DNA of 62,833 nucleotides from an uncultured Klebsiella sp. (GTDB lineage Bacteria; Verrucomicrobiota; Verrucomicrobiia; Limisphaerales; SXTU01), in NCBI GenBank assembly GCA_964591495.1, contig CAZQEW010000007.1:5681-68513 (forward strand), given 5' to 3'. The notes under the pieces are model-generated. The model was given only the letters and a program-made list of their open reading frames with translations. It searched no databases and was not told where the DNA came from. Numbering within the stretch: position 1 is the first letter of the stretch; every line of letters starts with the position of its first letter. A program made the translations under genes and the position numbers. Shown here one piece after another: positions 55,222-62,833 of the stretch.

Positions 55222-56406
55222 TTAGTTGGAGGTGGAAACGTTGAGCGGGTTGGCAACAACCGTCACCCCGCCGCCGCCGCCCGTGCCCGTGCTGGTGGTC
55301 ACGGTCTGGGTGGTAGTGGCAGCCGAGGTTGTCACCGTCGAAGTAATCGCAGCCAACGCATTTCCGCCACCGGCGACAGCCGCAGCTGTGGTGGTAGCGG
55401 CCGTGGTGGCAACCGTCAGAATTGCGGTTTGGGTTTGCGTGCTGACCGTGGTGCCAGTCGCCTGAGCGGCGGTGTTCAGAGCGGTTTGGGCCGCGGCGGC
55501 CGCGGCGGCCGCAGTGCCACCGCCGGCGGCGACGCCTGTAGCCGCGCCCACGGCGGCGGCGGCAACAATGGTTTGGTTGGCTGCCGCCGCTATGCTGATA
55601 GCGGTAGCGTCATTGGGGAAGACGACCATGATCGCGGCGACGACTTGTTTGACCGCTTGTTGGGCGGCGCTGGCGGCGGCTGCAGCAGCTTGAGCGTCCG
55701 TGCCGCCGGCCTGCTTGACCGCGTAGGCCGCCTGAGTGGCAATGGATTGAGCGATGGTGTTCAGCGTGTTGGCAGCCTGCGTCGGAATGGTGGCGGTTGT
55801 GGACGCTGAAACTGAAGTGGCGATCGTGGAGGAAAAAGCCAGTGCGAGGGCGACGGGAGCAGGTGCTCCGGGAAGAATGCCCTGCCCCGTATAAAGATTG
55901 ACCGAAGCGCCGCCGGTCGGAGTCCAGCTCACGGCGCCATGGATGACGCTCGTGCCGCTGCCCACGGAGGCGCGGTAAATGGTGCCGCGGATGCCTGCGA
56001 CGCCGCCCGGCGTGCGGACCTCATATTTGGAGGCCTTGGAGAGTTTGTTGATGACGTTGGCAGTGACGTCGCCCTTGGTGACGTTGAGCTTGGTATTGAC
56101 GACCACATTGCCCGTGCTGACCACTTCCAACTGGTCCAGCAGCAGAGTCGAATCCGGCTCCACGCGCAGCACGTCGCCGTTCAGGCCGAGGTTCAGATCC
56201 ACGGTCGAGTTGGCCCCGGTGGCAATGGTGTCGCCGGTGCCCAGCACCATGCCTTCCGCGAGGGTGATGGCGGCTCCGCCACCCTTGGCGACGGTGGCCT
56301 TGCCGGTCACTTTTTTGACCTCTGCGCGCCCGGGCAGCGCCGCAGCCTGGCTCGCACTCCACAAGAAGGCGAAGACGGCGATGATTAATGCGGGGGAAAA
56401 TTTCAT
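55222..56406 (-). CDS. secreted FecR-domain protein with an Ala/Thr-rich low-complexity C-terminal half
   Basis: 394 aa. Signal peptide MKFSPALIIAVFAFLWSASQAAA. FecR-like G.A.V......A.....L.EG.VL..GD.I.TG.NS.V.L.L...G..L.V.P.S.L. The last 200 aa or so are dominated by A/T/G/V/Q. Confidence 0.8.
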   Translation of the reverse strand: MKFSPALIIAVFAFLWSASQAAALPGRAEVKKVTGKATVAKGGGAAITLAEGMVLGTGDTIATGANSTVDLNLGLNGDVLRVEPDSTLLLDQLEVVSTGNVVVNTKLNVTKGDVTANVINKLSKASKYEVRTPGGVAGIRGTIYRASVGSGTSVIHGAVSWTPTGGASVNLYTGQGILPGAPAPVALALAFSSTIATSVSASTTATIPTQAANTLNTIAQSIATQAAYAVKQAGGTDAQAAAAAASAAQQAVKQVVAAIMVVFPNDATAISIAAAANQTIVAAAAVGAATGVAAGGGTAAAAAAAAQTALNTAAQATGTTVSTQTQTAILTVATTAATTTAAAVAGGGNALAAITSTVTTSAATTTQTVTTSTGTGGGGGVTVVANPLNVSTSN

Positions 56407-56713
56407 GGCTTGGTGTGTTTGTATCTCAGCGAATGCACGATACCGAGTTTAGACCGAATGTGAAGTCGAAAAGTTTACTCCGGCATTTCGGCGGAAATCA
56501 TGTCCTCGTTTCAGACCGGCCGGGAAAGCAACTTCGTGAGCAGGAAGCCAATCGTTGATGCCTTGCAGCGCCGCTCAGGTAACGCCCAAGCCCAAGACCG
56601 CTTCCAATGGCAATCCTCACCCGATGGATGGAAAAGGCTGGCGGACCATCTGCGGGCGACCGGTAAGGCAGGCAACCTTCAGCAGGAGGCCTGAAGGGAG
56701 GAGGGAGAAAAAA

Positions 56714-56788
<75 letters not shown>

Positions 56789-56861
56789 ACCCAAAAGCGG
56801 GGCGCAAAATACAAACCACCCACCCGCGAGTCAATAGGCGTGGTGAAATAGTGTGCGGGAC

Positions 56862-56889
56862 TTGCCAGTTTCGTCGCGGACCCTATTGT
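56862..56889 (+). promoter_or_regulatory. candidate sigma-70-type promoter close to the first pilin-like gene
   Basis: TTGCCA (56862-56867), a 16-nt spacer, then TATTGT (56884-56889). The ATG at 56900 is only 10 nt downstream of the -10 element, implying a nearly leaderless mRNA if the promoter is real. Match by eye only. Confidence 0.2.
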
Positions 56890-56899
56890 TGCGTCGTTT

Positions 56900-57763
56900 A
56901 TGAACAAGAGGCTTCCCCACCCACGAACGGTGGCAGTCGGTTTTACCCTGATTGAACTACTGGTCGTGATTGCGATCATCGCCATTTTGGCGGGCATGCT
57001 CCTGCCCGCCTTAAGCAAGGCAAAGATGAAGGCCCAGAACACCAACTGCCTCAACAACCTAAAGCAGCTTGGGCTGGCGTGGAACATGTATGCGCCGGAT
57101 TTTGATGACCGCCTCGTGCTGGGCCACTACCAGCAACTCAATGCGGCCGGCACGGCAACACTGGCCAACACGATCAATCGCAGCGCTTGGTGCATGGGAG
57201 ACCAAAAGGACACTGGCGCCAATCCTTACACCCCTTACCTCCCGGGACTCAGCTCGACAAACGATCAGGCCATCCGAGACGGCCAGCTCTACGTTTACGT
57301 CAACTCCCCGAAAGTTTATCGCGACCCCGCGGACAAGCGCTCCACCAACGGCGTGGCCAAGAATCGCAGCTATTCGATGAACAGTTGGGTGTCCGAACTG
57401 CGCGTGGGCGGTGCGGCCGGGCCGTTGGGAAACAACGCCAGTTTCACGCTTTTCCGGCGGATGGGTGACTTCTCAGTGGCTTCACCTTCGGATATCTGGG
57501 TGATGATCGACGAGCACGAGAGTGGCATCAATGACTCCTGGTTCGCCGTGGATATGGGTGGAGGTCGGACCTGGTTGGACCTGCCTACTGGAAGGCACGG
57601 GGGAGCCTACGCCTTAAATTTCGCGGATGGACATTCCGAGGCATACAAGTTACAGGAGGTAGGAAGGTTTGGGGCTGTTCCAAACGTCCCGCTGAACGTC
57701 GCCATGGCAACTCAGCCCGCAGTGAACGACTGGCGCAAACTGAGAGATGTGTCCTCTAGGTAA
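56900..57763 (+). CDS. prepilin-type N-terminal cleavage/methylation domain protein (DUF1559/H-X9-DG-like)
   Basis: 287 aa. [30 protein letters not shown] leader. C-terminal [15 protein letters not shown] (H-x9-DG-like). Confidence 0.85.
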   Translation: MNKRLPHPRTVAVGFTLIELLVVIAIIAILAGMLLPALSKAKMKAQNTNCLNNLKQLGLAWNMYAPDFDDRLVLGHYQQLNAAGTATLANTINRSAWCMGDQKDTGANPYTPYLPGLSSTNDQAIRDGQLYVYVNSPKVYRDPADKRSTNGVAKNRSYSMNSWVSELRVGGAAGPLGNNASFTLFRRMGDFSVASPSDIWVMIDEHESGINDSWFAVDMGGGRTWLDLPTGRHGGAYALNFADGHSEAYKLQEVGRFGAVPNVPLNVAMATQPAVNDWRKLRDVSSR

Positions 57764-57776
57764 CTACTGCAAAAAC

Positions 57777-58526
57777 ATGCACAGCAAACCACCGAAAAAC
57801 ACGCACGCGGGTTTCACGCTCATCGAACTGTTGGTCGTCATCGCCATCATCGCCATTTTGGCGGGCATGTTGCTGCCTGCCTTGGGCAAGGCGAAAGCCA
57901 AAGCCAGCGACCTCGCTTGCAAAAACAATCTCAAGACCCTGGCGCTGGCCTCGATGCTTTATGGCCAAGATTACGATGACCTCACTCCGATCACTTATGG
58001 TGTTTCCGCAGTCATCGGCAACTCCAACATCTGGTATCGGTCGCTGGGTTTTTACGCCGGCAAGGCGGGCGATCTCGCAGCGGGCCGGGCTGGCAAGGTG
58101 TTTGAATGCCCGGGCTTCAAGCCGATTGCCTCGCAAAACAGTGCCGGTTTCATTGCCAGCCTGGGTATTTGCTACGGGCAGAACCGCTACCTAACCCAGG
58201 AACCAGGAACCAAGGTCCGCTTCGCCCAAGTGGACGACCCTGTGGAAACACAAATCCACGCGGACACCGATGGCTACAATGCGGTGAATTACCAAGACAA
58301 CCTCGCTACCTTCCCGGTCGGCATTAACACGACGCTCTACCGGCACAATGGGGGAACTGAGACCAGCAGCATGGGTAACCAATACACCCGGCCGGTTCCG
58401 ACCGGGCTGGGTCTGGCACAGGGCCCCCGCTCGGGTTCCGCGAACCTCAACTGGGTGGACGGCCACGTGTCTCAGCTCAAGTGGACCAACAACATCACCC
58501 GGCTGTTCACGATCCAACGCGACTGA
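57777..58526 (+). CDS. prepilin-type N-terminal cleavage/methylation domain protein (second copy)
   Basis: From ATG 57777: [41 protein letters not shown]-terminal [10 protein letters not shown]. The track start at 57747 overlaps the upstream gene. Confidence 0.85.
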   Translation: MHSKPPKNTHAGFTLIELLVVIAIIAILAGMLLPALGKAKAKASDLACKNNLKTLALASMLYGQDYDDLTPITYGVSAVIGNSNIWYRSLGFYAGKAGDLAAGRAGKVFECPGFKPIASQNSAGFIASLGICYGQNRYLTQEPGTKVRFAQVDDPVETQIHADTDGYNAVNYQDNLATFPVGINTTLYRHNGGTETSSMGNQYTRPVPTGLGLAQGPRSGSANLNWVDGHVSQLKWTNNITRLFTIQRD

Positions 58527-58541
58527 ACGCCGGATGCGCCG

Positions 58542-59723
58542 TCAGAGGTCCCGCCAGATCATCTCCAGCGAGATCAGCGCGTAGCTGGTGGTCAGGGCGG
58601 TTTCCTTTTCCCACCACCGGGCATTCTCGTTTTCCCAGCAGCCGTCGCGCTTCTGGAGGTTCATCAGGCGCAACGCTACCTCCCGCCGCCAGTCGGCTTT
58701 CCGGCCGTCCTTCAACTCCAATTCCCGCACCTGCGCGGCGCTCAAACCCTTGGTGAGCAGGTGCAGGTAGTAGTAAAGGCCTTGCGGCCCCATGCCGGGG
58801 TTTTCCTCCAGCGTGTAGTTCGCCCGCAGCCAATCCAGCACGGCGGTCACGCGGGTGTCGTCCCGCTTAAGGTCAGCGTAGATGTAGCTAAGCAGGCCCG
58901 CATAGCTGGCGCTGCCGTAGGAACGCAGCGCGACCCGGCCGGTCTGGGAGTTGGTCACGCCGCCGGCCATGCTGTGGCCCGGATAGTAGATGAAACCGCC
59001 CTTGTGCGCCGGATCGGCGGAGGCCCATGGCTCCGGATTCGAACCGGGCAGGTTTTGGCAGTGCTGGAGAAAGCGGATCGCGGCCTGCCAATCCAGGTCC
59101 TTCGTATCGGTCGCCTTCGAATCGGCCACGAGGCGGCGGCTGTGGTGGAGCGCCTCCAAGGCCATGAGCGTGTTGTTCAGGTCGGAGTGCGAATACTTGT
59201 TCCCGTAGCCGACCCCGCCATCGAAGGGCGTGTCCAAGCGGCCCTTCTCCCCGAAGTCCACCTGCGTGCCGACGATGAACGCGCGGGCCTTGCGCGCGAC
59301 GGCGTCGTATTCGGGGCGGTTCGCGGAGACGAGCGCGAGCAGGGCGAGCGAGGTGTTGTAGTTCGCCATGTTGGTGGCGTAGATGCCGCCGTCGGGCTTG
59401 GCGCTGGCGAGCAGGTGCGCGTAGCCGCGCCGGACCTGCGGGGTGGGCTGCTGGAGGAACCGGCCGGACGGCTCGCCGTTGAGCGCGATCAGCGGCAGTG
59501 CGGTGACGGCAGGGTGGTCAGGCGTGGTCCACCAGCCGTTGGAGTTTTGATTCGCCAGCAACCAAGCGATGCCCCGGTCAATGGCGCGCTGCACCTCGTG
59601 TCGCAGCGATTCGTCGTGGCCGAGGGCAACGGGCACGGGCACGCGCTTCGGCGCATCGGCGGCGAAGGCCGGCACCGCGAGCAGCGCGGCGAGGGCAAGT
59701 TGAGGAAGAGGATTCAGGCTCAT
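58542..59723 (-). CDS. secreted prenyltransferase/squalene-oxidase-repeat (terpenoid-cyclase-fold) protein
   Basis: 393 aa. Signal peptide MSLNPLPQLALAALLAVPAFA. Repeated alpha/alpha-toroid motifs: AIDRGIAWLLANQNSNGWW, GGIYATN..NYNTSLALLAL, GGVGYG and LMNLQKRDGCWEN. Confidence 0.8.
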   Translation of the reverse strand: MSLNPLPQLALAALLAVPAFAADAPKRVPVPVALGHDESLRHEVQRAIDRGIAWLLANQNSNGWWTTPDHPAVTALPLIALNGEPSGRFLQQPTPQVRRGYAHLLASAKPDGGIYATNMANYNTSLALLALVSANRPEYDAVARKARAFIVGTQVDFGEKGRLDTPFDGGVGYGNKYSHSDLNNTLMALEALHHSRRLVADSKATDTKDLDWQAAIRFLQHCQNLPGSNPEPWASADPAHKGGFIYYPGHSMAGGVTNSQTGRVALRSYGSASYAGLLSYIYADLKRDDTRVTAVLDWLRANYTLEENPGMGPQGLYYYLHLLTKGLSAAQVRELELKDGRKADWRREVALRLMNLQKRDGCWENENARWWEKETALTTSYALISLEMIWRDL

Positions 59724-59843
59724 GGCGAACGAGTTCAGTAGTCGAGACTGGTTAGCATGGCCGGGTGTTCAACGCGAGCGGGAAGGCACGGACGGTTCGA
59801 TGGGTGAATTGACTTCGCGTCCGGCTTCGCGGACAAATCTGTC

Positions 59844-60083
59844 ATGACAACCACAGTCCAGCAGGTCTTTGAGGAAGCCCTGACTCTTTCGGACGACAAC
59901 CGCGTGGCACTGGCGGAGCGGCTGATTGAGAGTGTTGCGCCCGCGCCTCAAATCGTGGCCGAGCAGATGGAGGTTGTGCGGCAGCGCATCGCTGACTTGG
60001 AGGCGGGGCGCGTGCAACCCGTGCCCGGTCCGGAGGGGCTGAACCGGGTCCGTGAAACGCTGCTCAGACGCGCGGCGGCATGA
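59844..60083 (+). CDS. addiction-module antitoxin component (TIGR02574-like)
   Basis: 79 aa. QQVFEEALTLSDDNRVALAERLIESV is the typical motif. ATGA overlap with the toxin gene. Confidence 0.75.
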   Translation: MTTTVQQVFEEALTLSDDNRVALAERLIESVAPAPQIVAEQMEVVRQRIADLEAGRVQPVPGPEGLNRVRETLLRRAAA

Positions 60084-60379
60084 CGTTCGACTGGCATCCC
60101 GGCGCGCTTGAGGAGTTTGAGGAAGCCGGCCTGTGGTATGAGGAGCAGCGACGGCGACTCGGCGTCGAGTTCAGCGACGCCGTCGTGCTTGCCATCGAGA
60201 CTGTCCTGCGCGAGCCAGCTCGCTTTCAGCCCGTGGGTGATGGAGTGCGGCTGTTCCGGCTGAAGCGCTTCCCGTATCACCTCTATTACTTGCTCGACGA
60301 CGCCCGGCTCCATGTCCGCATCATAGCCGTGATGCACAACCGACGGCGGCCCGGCTATTGGCGAGAGCGGCTTTCCTGA
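60080..60379 (+). CDS. RelE/ParE-superfamily toxin
   Basis: 99 aa. A..E..EA..WYEE.......F.......I..P..F......VR...LKRFPYHLYY......L.IIAV.H..R.P is the plasmid-stabilisation-toxin pattern. Confidence 0.8.
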   Translation: MTFDWHPGALEEFEEAGLWYEEQRRRLGVEFSDAVVLAIETVLREPARFQPVGDGVRLFRLKRFPYHLYYLLDDARLHVRIIAVMHNRRRPGYWRERLS

Positions 60380-60389
60380 TGTCTCTCAC

Positions 60390-62582
60390 ATGACCACCTG
60401 GTCCTTCGCCTCATCTCCCTGGCTCATCCTGCTCGGCGTCGCCGTGTGGGGCGGCGCGGCTTGGCTGTGCTGGCAGAACGCCACGCGGCGCGGGGGCAAG
60501 GCGGCGGTGTTCATGGAGTCCCTGCGGCTGGTCATCATGACACTGCTGGTCTTCACGCTGTTCCGGCCCGAGCTGGTGCGGCGCATCGAGCGCAAGGAGT
60601 CGCCGCAAATCGCCGTGCTGCTCGACGCCTCCGGCAGCATGGCCACGCGCGATGTGCGCGGCGGCTCGAACGTCCTCACGCGCGCCGAGTGGCTCGCAGC
60701 GCGACGCGCGACGAACTTTTGGAAGCCGCTGGAAAAGTCAGGCAAGGTCATCGTCGAGGACTTCTCCGCGCCGCCGGCGGACACGAATTTCAACGTGCAG
60801 GCCGAGGCCGGAACGGATCTGAGCGCCGTGCTGGAGGCGTCGCTCCAACGGCACAAAAACCTCCGCGCCGTGCTTGTGCTGACGGACGGTGACTGGAACG
60901 CCGGCAAGCCGCCGTTGCTCGCCGCCGCGCGGTTCCGCGAGACGGACACGCCCATCTTTGCCGTCGGCGTGGGCGCGGAGCAGCCGTTGCCGGACTTGGT
61001 TTTGGAGCGCGCCACGGTGCCGAGCTACGGCCTCATCGGTGAACAGATTTCCATCCCGTTCCGCATCGCGAGCCATCTGCCGCGCGAGGTGAACACGCAG
61101 CTCATCATTGACGCGGGCGACGGCGAGGAAGTGAAGAAGGACATCACCATCCCGGCCGGCGGGCAGTTGCAGGACGCCATCGTGTGGTCGCCGCGCAACG
61201 TCGGCGAGCAGACCGTCGCGCTGCGCCTGCCGCCGGAGGCCGACGAGGCGCTCACGGACAACAACGCGCAGCAGTTCCGCATCGCCGTGCGCGCGGAGAC
61301 ACTCAAGGTGCTCGTGGTGGATTCGCTGCCGCGCTGGGAATACCGCTACCTCCGCAACGCCCTCGAACGCGACCCCGGCGTGGAATCGCATTGCGTGCTC
61401 TTCCATCCGTCGCTCGGCCCCGGCGGCGGGCGCAACTACCTCTCGTCTTTCCCCGGCACTAAGGAACAGCTCCAGCGCTACGACGTGATTTTCCTCGGCG
61501 ACGTGGGCGTGGGCGAAGGCGAGTTGAAGGAGTCGGATGTCGCGCTGATTCGCGGCCTCGTCGAGCAACAGGGCAGCGGCCTCATCTTCCTGCCGGGCCG
61601 GCGCGGTCGCCAGATGTCCTTCCTCAACGGCCCGCTCGCCGACCTCATGCCCGTGCAGCTCGATGACAAACGCCCCGACGGCGTCGCGTTGCAGAACGAG
61701 GTGCCGCTGCTGCTGTCGAGCGTCGGCAGAGGCCACTTGCTCACGCGCTTCGACGGCGACGAAAACCGCAACGACGACATCTGGAAAAACCTGCCCGGCT
61801 TCTACTGGAGCGCCGCCGTGGAGAAGAGCCGCCCCGGCAGCGAGGTGCTCGCCGTCCACGCCTCGATGCGCAACGCGTGGGGCCGCGTGCCGTTGCTGGT
61901 CACGCGCCCGGCGGGCAGCGGCAAGGTGCTTTTCATGGGCACGGACAGCGCGTGGCGCTGGCGGCGCGGCGTCGAGGACAAGTGGCATTACCGCTTCTGG
62001 AGCCAGGTCGTGCGCTGGATGTCGCACCAGCGGCACCTCGCCGAGCGCGCGGGCGTGCGGCTCACCTTCAGCCCCGAGACGCCGAACGCCGGCGACACCG
62101 TCTTCCTCCAGGCCACCGTGCTCGACGCGAGCGGCTTCCCGCTGGAGAAGGGCAAGGTGGACGGCAAAATCACTTCGCCCGGCGGCCGCACGGAGAAGCT
62201 CGACTTCGCCGCGCTCGACGGCGGCTGGGGCGTGTTCAAGTCCAGCTTCGTGCCCAAGCAAGGCGGCCCGCACAAAATCCTCCTCACCGCCGACACCGCC
62301 GGTCGCAAGCTCGAAACCGAAATCACCGTGACCCAACCCGTGCGCGAAAAAGTCGGCCAGCCCGCGAACTTCACCGTGCTGCGCGAACTCGCCTCCCTCA
62401 CCGGCGGCGCCATCGGCCCGACCGCCGACCTCGCGAAGGTCATCGAGCAAATCAGCCTGCTGCCCGAGCCGAAGCCCTTGGAGCACCGCATCCGCCTCTG
62501 GGCCGACCCGTGGTGGGCCGGGAGCATCCTGTTCCTGCTGACGGTCTATTGGGTCAGCCGCAAGCTGGCAGGGATGATTTGA
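60390..62582 (+). CDS. membrane vWA-domain + glutamine-amidotransferase-like protein (BatA/B-like), paralogue of 38337-40706
   Basis: 730 aa. Two N-terminal TM helices. MIDAS motif IAVLLDASGSMATRD. PRWEYRYLRNALERDPGVE. YDVIFLGDV...GSGLIFLPG. C-terminal TM helix WWAGSILFLLTVYWV. Confidence 0.85.
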   Translation: MTTWSFASSPWLILLGVAVWGGAAWLCWQNATRRGGKAAVFMESLRLVIMTLLVFTLFRPELVRRIERKESPQIAVLLDASGSMATRDVRGGSNVLTRAEWLAARRATNFWKPLEKSGKVIVEDFSAPPADTNFNVQAEAGTDLSAVLEASLQRHKNLRAVLVLTDGDWNAGKPPLLAAARFRETDTPIFAVGVGAEQPLPDLVLERATVPSYGLIGEQISIPFRIASHLPREVNTQLIIDAGDGEEVKKDITIPAGGQLQDAIVWSPRNVGEQTVALRLPPEADEALTDNNAQQFRIAVRAETLKVLVVDSLPRWEYRYLRNALERDPGVESHCVLFHPSLGPGGGRNYLSSFPGTKEQLQRYDVIFLGDVGVGEGELKESDVALIRGLVEQQGSGLIFLPGRRGRQMSFLNGPLADLMPVQLDDKRPDGVALQNEVPLLLSSVGRGHLLTRFDGDENRNDDIWKNLPGFYWSAAVEKSRPGSEVLAVHASMRNAWGRVPLLVTRPAGSGKVLFMGTDSAWRWRRGVEDKWHYRFWSQVVRWMSHQRHLAERAGVRLTFSPETPNAGDTVFLQATVLDASGFPLEKGKVDGKITSPGGRTEKLDFAALDGGWGVFKSSFVPKQGGPHKILLTADTAGRKLETEITVTQPVREKVGQPANFTVLRELASLTGGAIGPTADLAKVIEQISLLPEPKPLEHRIRLWADPWWAGSILFLLTVYWVSRKLAGMI

Positions 62583-62606
62583 AGTCGCCGCCGAGGTAAG
62601 GCGGAC

Positions 62607-62833
62607 TCAATAAATCTCCAGCCACCCAGCCGTGGTGCTTTTCCCCAAGGCCACAATATCCGCCAGGCTGTCACGCAATCGCTTCTCGATGGCTGGAGTC
62701 GGCTGGTTCCCGCAGCGAGGCCAGATGACCTTGGGCGGCGGGCCGAGCAGAAGCGACAGGTCGGCGAAGTCCGCGTCCTGAGTCACGATGGTGAAGTCAT
62801 TTGCTTTCGCATATGCCCAGACTTCGCGGTCAT
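62607..62833 (-). CDS. DUF5615-like (PIN-like, Mut7-C-related) protein; the N-terminal part lies outside the window
   Basis: Manual minus-strand translation gives ..DREVWAYAKANDFTIVTQDADFADLSLLLGPPPKVIWPRCGNQPTPAIEKRL...WLEIY*, with stop TGA at 62609-62607. The pattern matches the DUF5615 C-terminal half as I remember it. Confidence 0.65.
   Translation of the reverse strand, partial: DREVWAYAKANDFTIVTQDADFADLSLLLGPPPKVIWPRCGNQPTPAIEKRLRDSLADIVALGKSTTAGWLEIY

Noticed and set aside
55164-55259. N-terminal extension of the metallophosphoesterase ORF
   Set aside because: It spans the intrinsic terminator hairpin of the upstream gene. ATG 55163 starts directly at the first phosphoesterase motif (IAIVSDPHH).
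56407-56713. Small ORFs (64-81 aa) and a 7-bp hairpin (56676-56697) between the FecR-domain gene and tRNA-Asn; possible integration site
   Set aside because: The ORFs have no motifs and overlap each other on opposite strands. The hairpin lacks a proper U-tract. No integrase, att-like tRNA fragment or composition shift was seen.
60738-62486. 582-aa minus-strand ORF opposite the 730-aa vWA membrane gene
   Set aside because: It is a shadow ORF. The plus-strand gene has a MIDAS motif and terminal TM helices.

Overview
GC-rich 62.8-kb chromosomal window, densely coded. It most likely comes from a PVC-superphylum bacterium (Verrucomicrobiota or Planctomycetota). The evidence is three PSCyt/DUF1549/DUF1553 plus DUF1501 type genes, two prepilin-leader '[25 protein letters not shown]' proteins, a long MoxR/DUF58/BatA-vWA array, and REP-like intergenic palindromes. 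I support about 50 CDS, one tRNA-Asn(GTT), one clear intrinsic terminator and two palindromic or repeat elements.

Layout:
- Left third (1-20.2 kb): housekeeping and regulatory genes, namely yicC, gmk, two two-component systems, coaC, a squalene/phytoene-synthase-like gene plus a YdjC-like gene, ROK glucokinase, Ppx/GppA and rluE.
- 27.9-37.3 kb: a DUF1501 / PSCyt-LamG-PSD1 / beta-propeller-MBL / DUF1501 block.
- 37.4-54.1 kb, minus strand: about 17 kb of same-strand, mostly overlapping genes. In order these are TPR-gluzincin, DUF4159, MoxR, DUF58, BatA_N-vWA and large membrane or coiled-coil proteins. Two small two-gene cassettes are embedded in this array, and one is a ParD/ParE toxin-antitoxin pair.

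Most interesting locus (20.3-25.3 kb): a translationally coupled four-gene operon. It encodes two about 70-90 aa WXG100-like helical proteins whose central motif is W-Q-D rather than W-x-G, a 176-aa helical protein with the same W-x-x-D turns, and a 1297-aa membrane FtsK/SpoIIIE ATPase with three P-loop-like domains, only the middle one canonical. This is the minimal signature of a type VII (ESX/Ess)-like secretion module, but it sits in a diderm PVC-type genome and none of the other known T7SS membrane components are present.

All calls rest on reading the translated ORFs and the DNA by eye. No database search was run.
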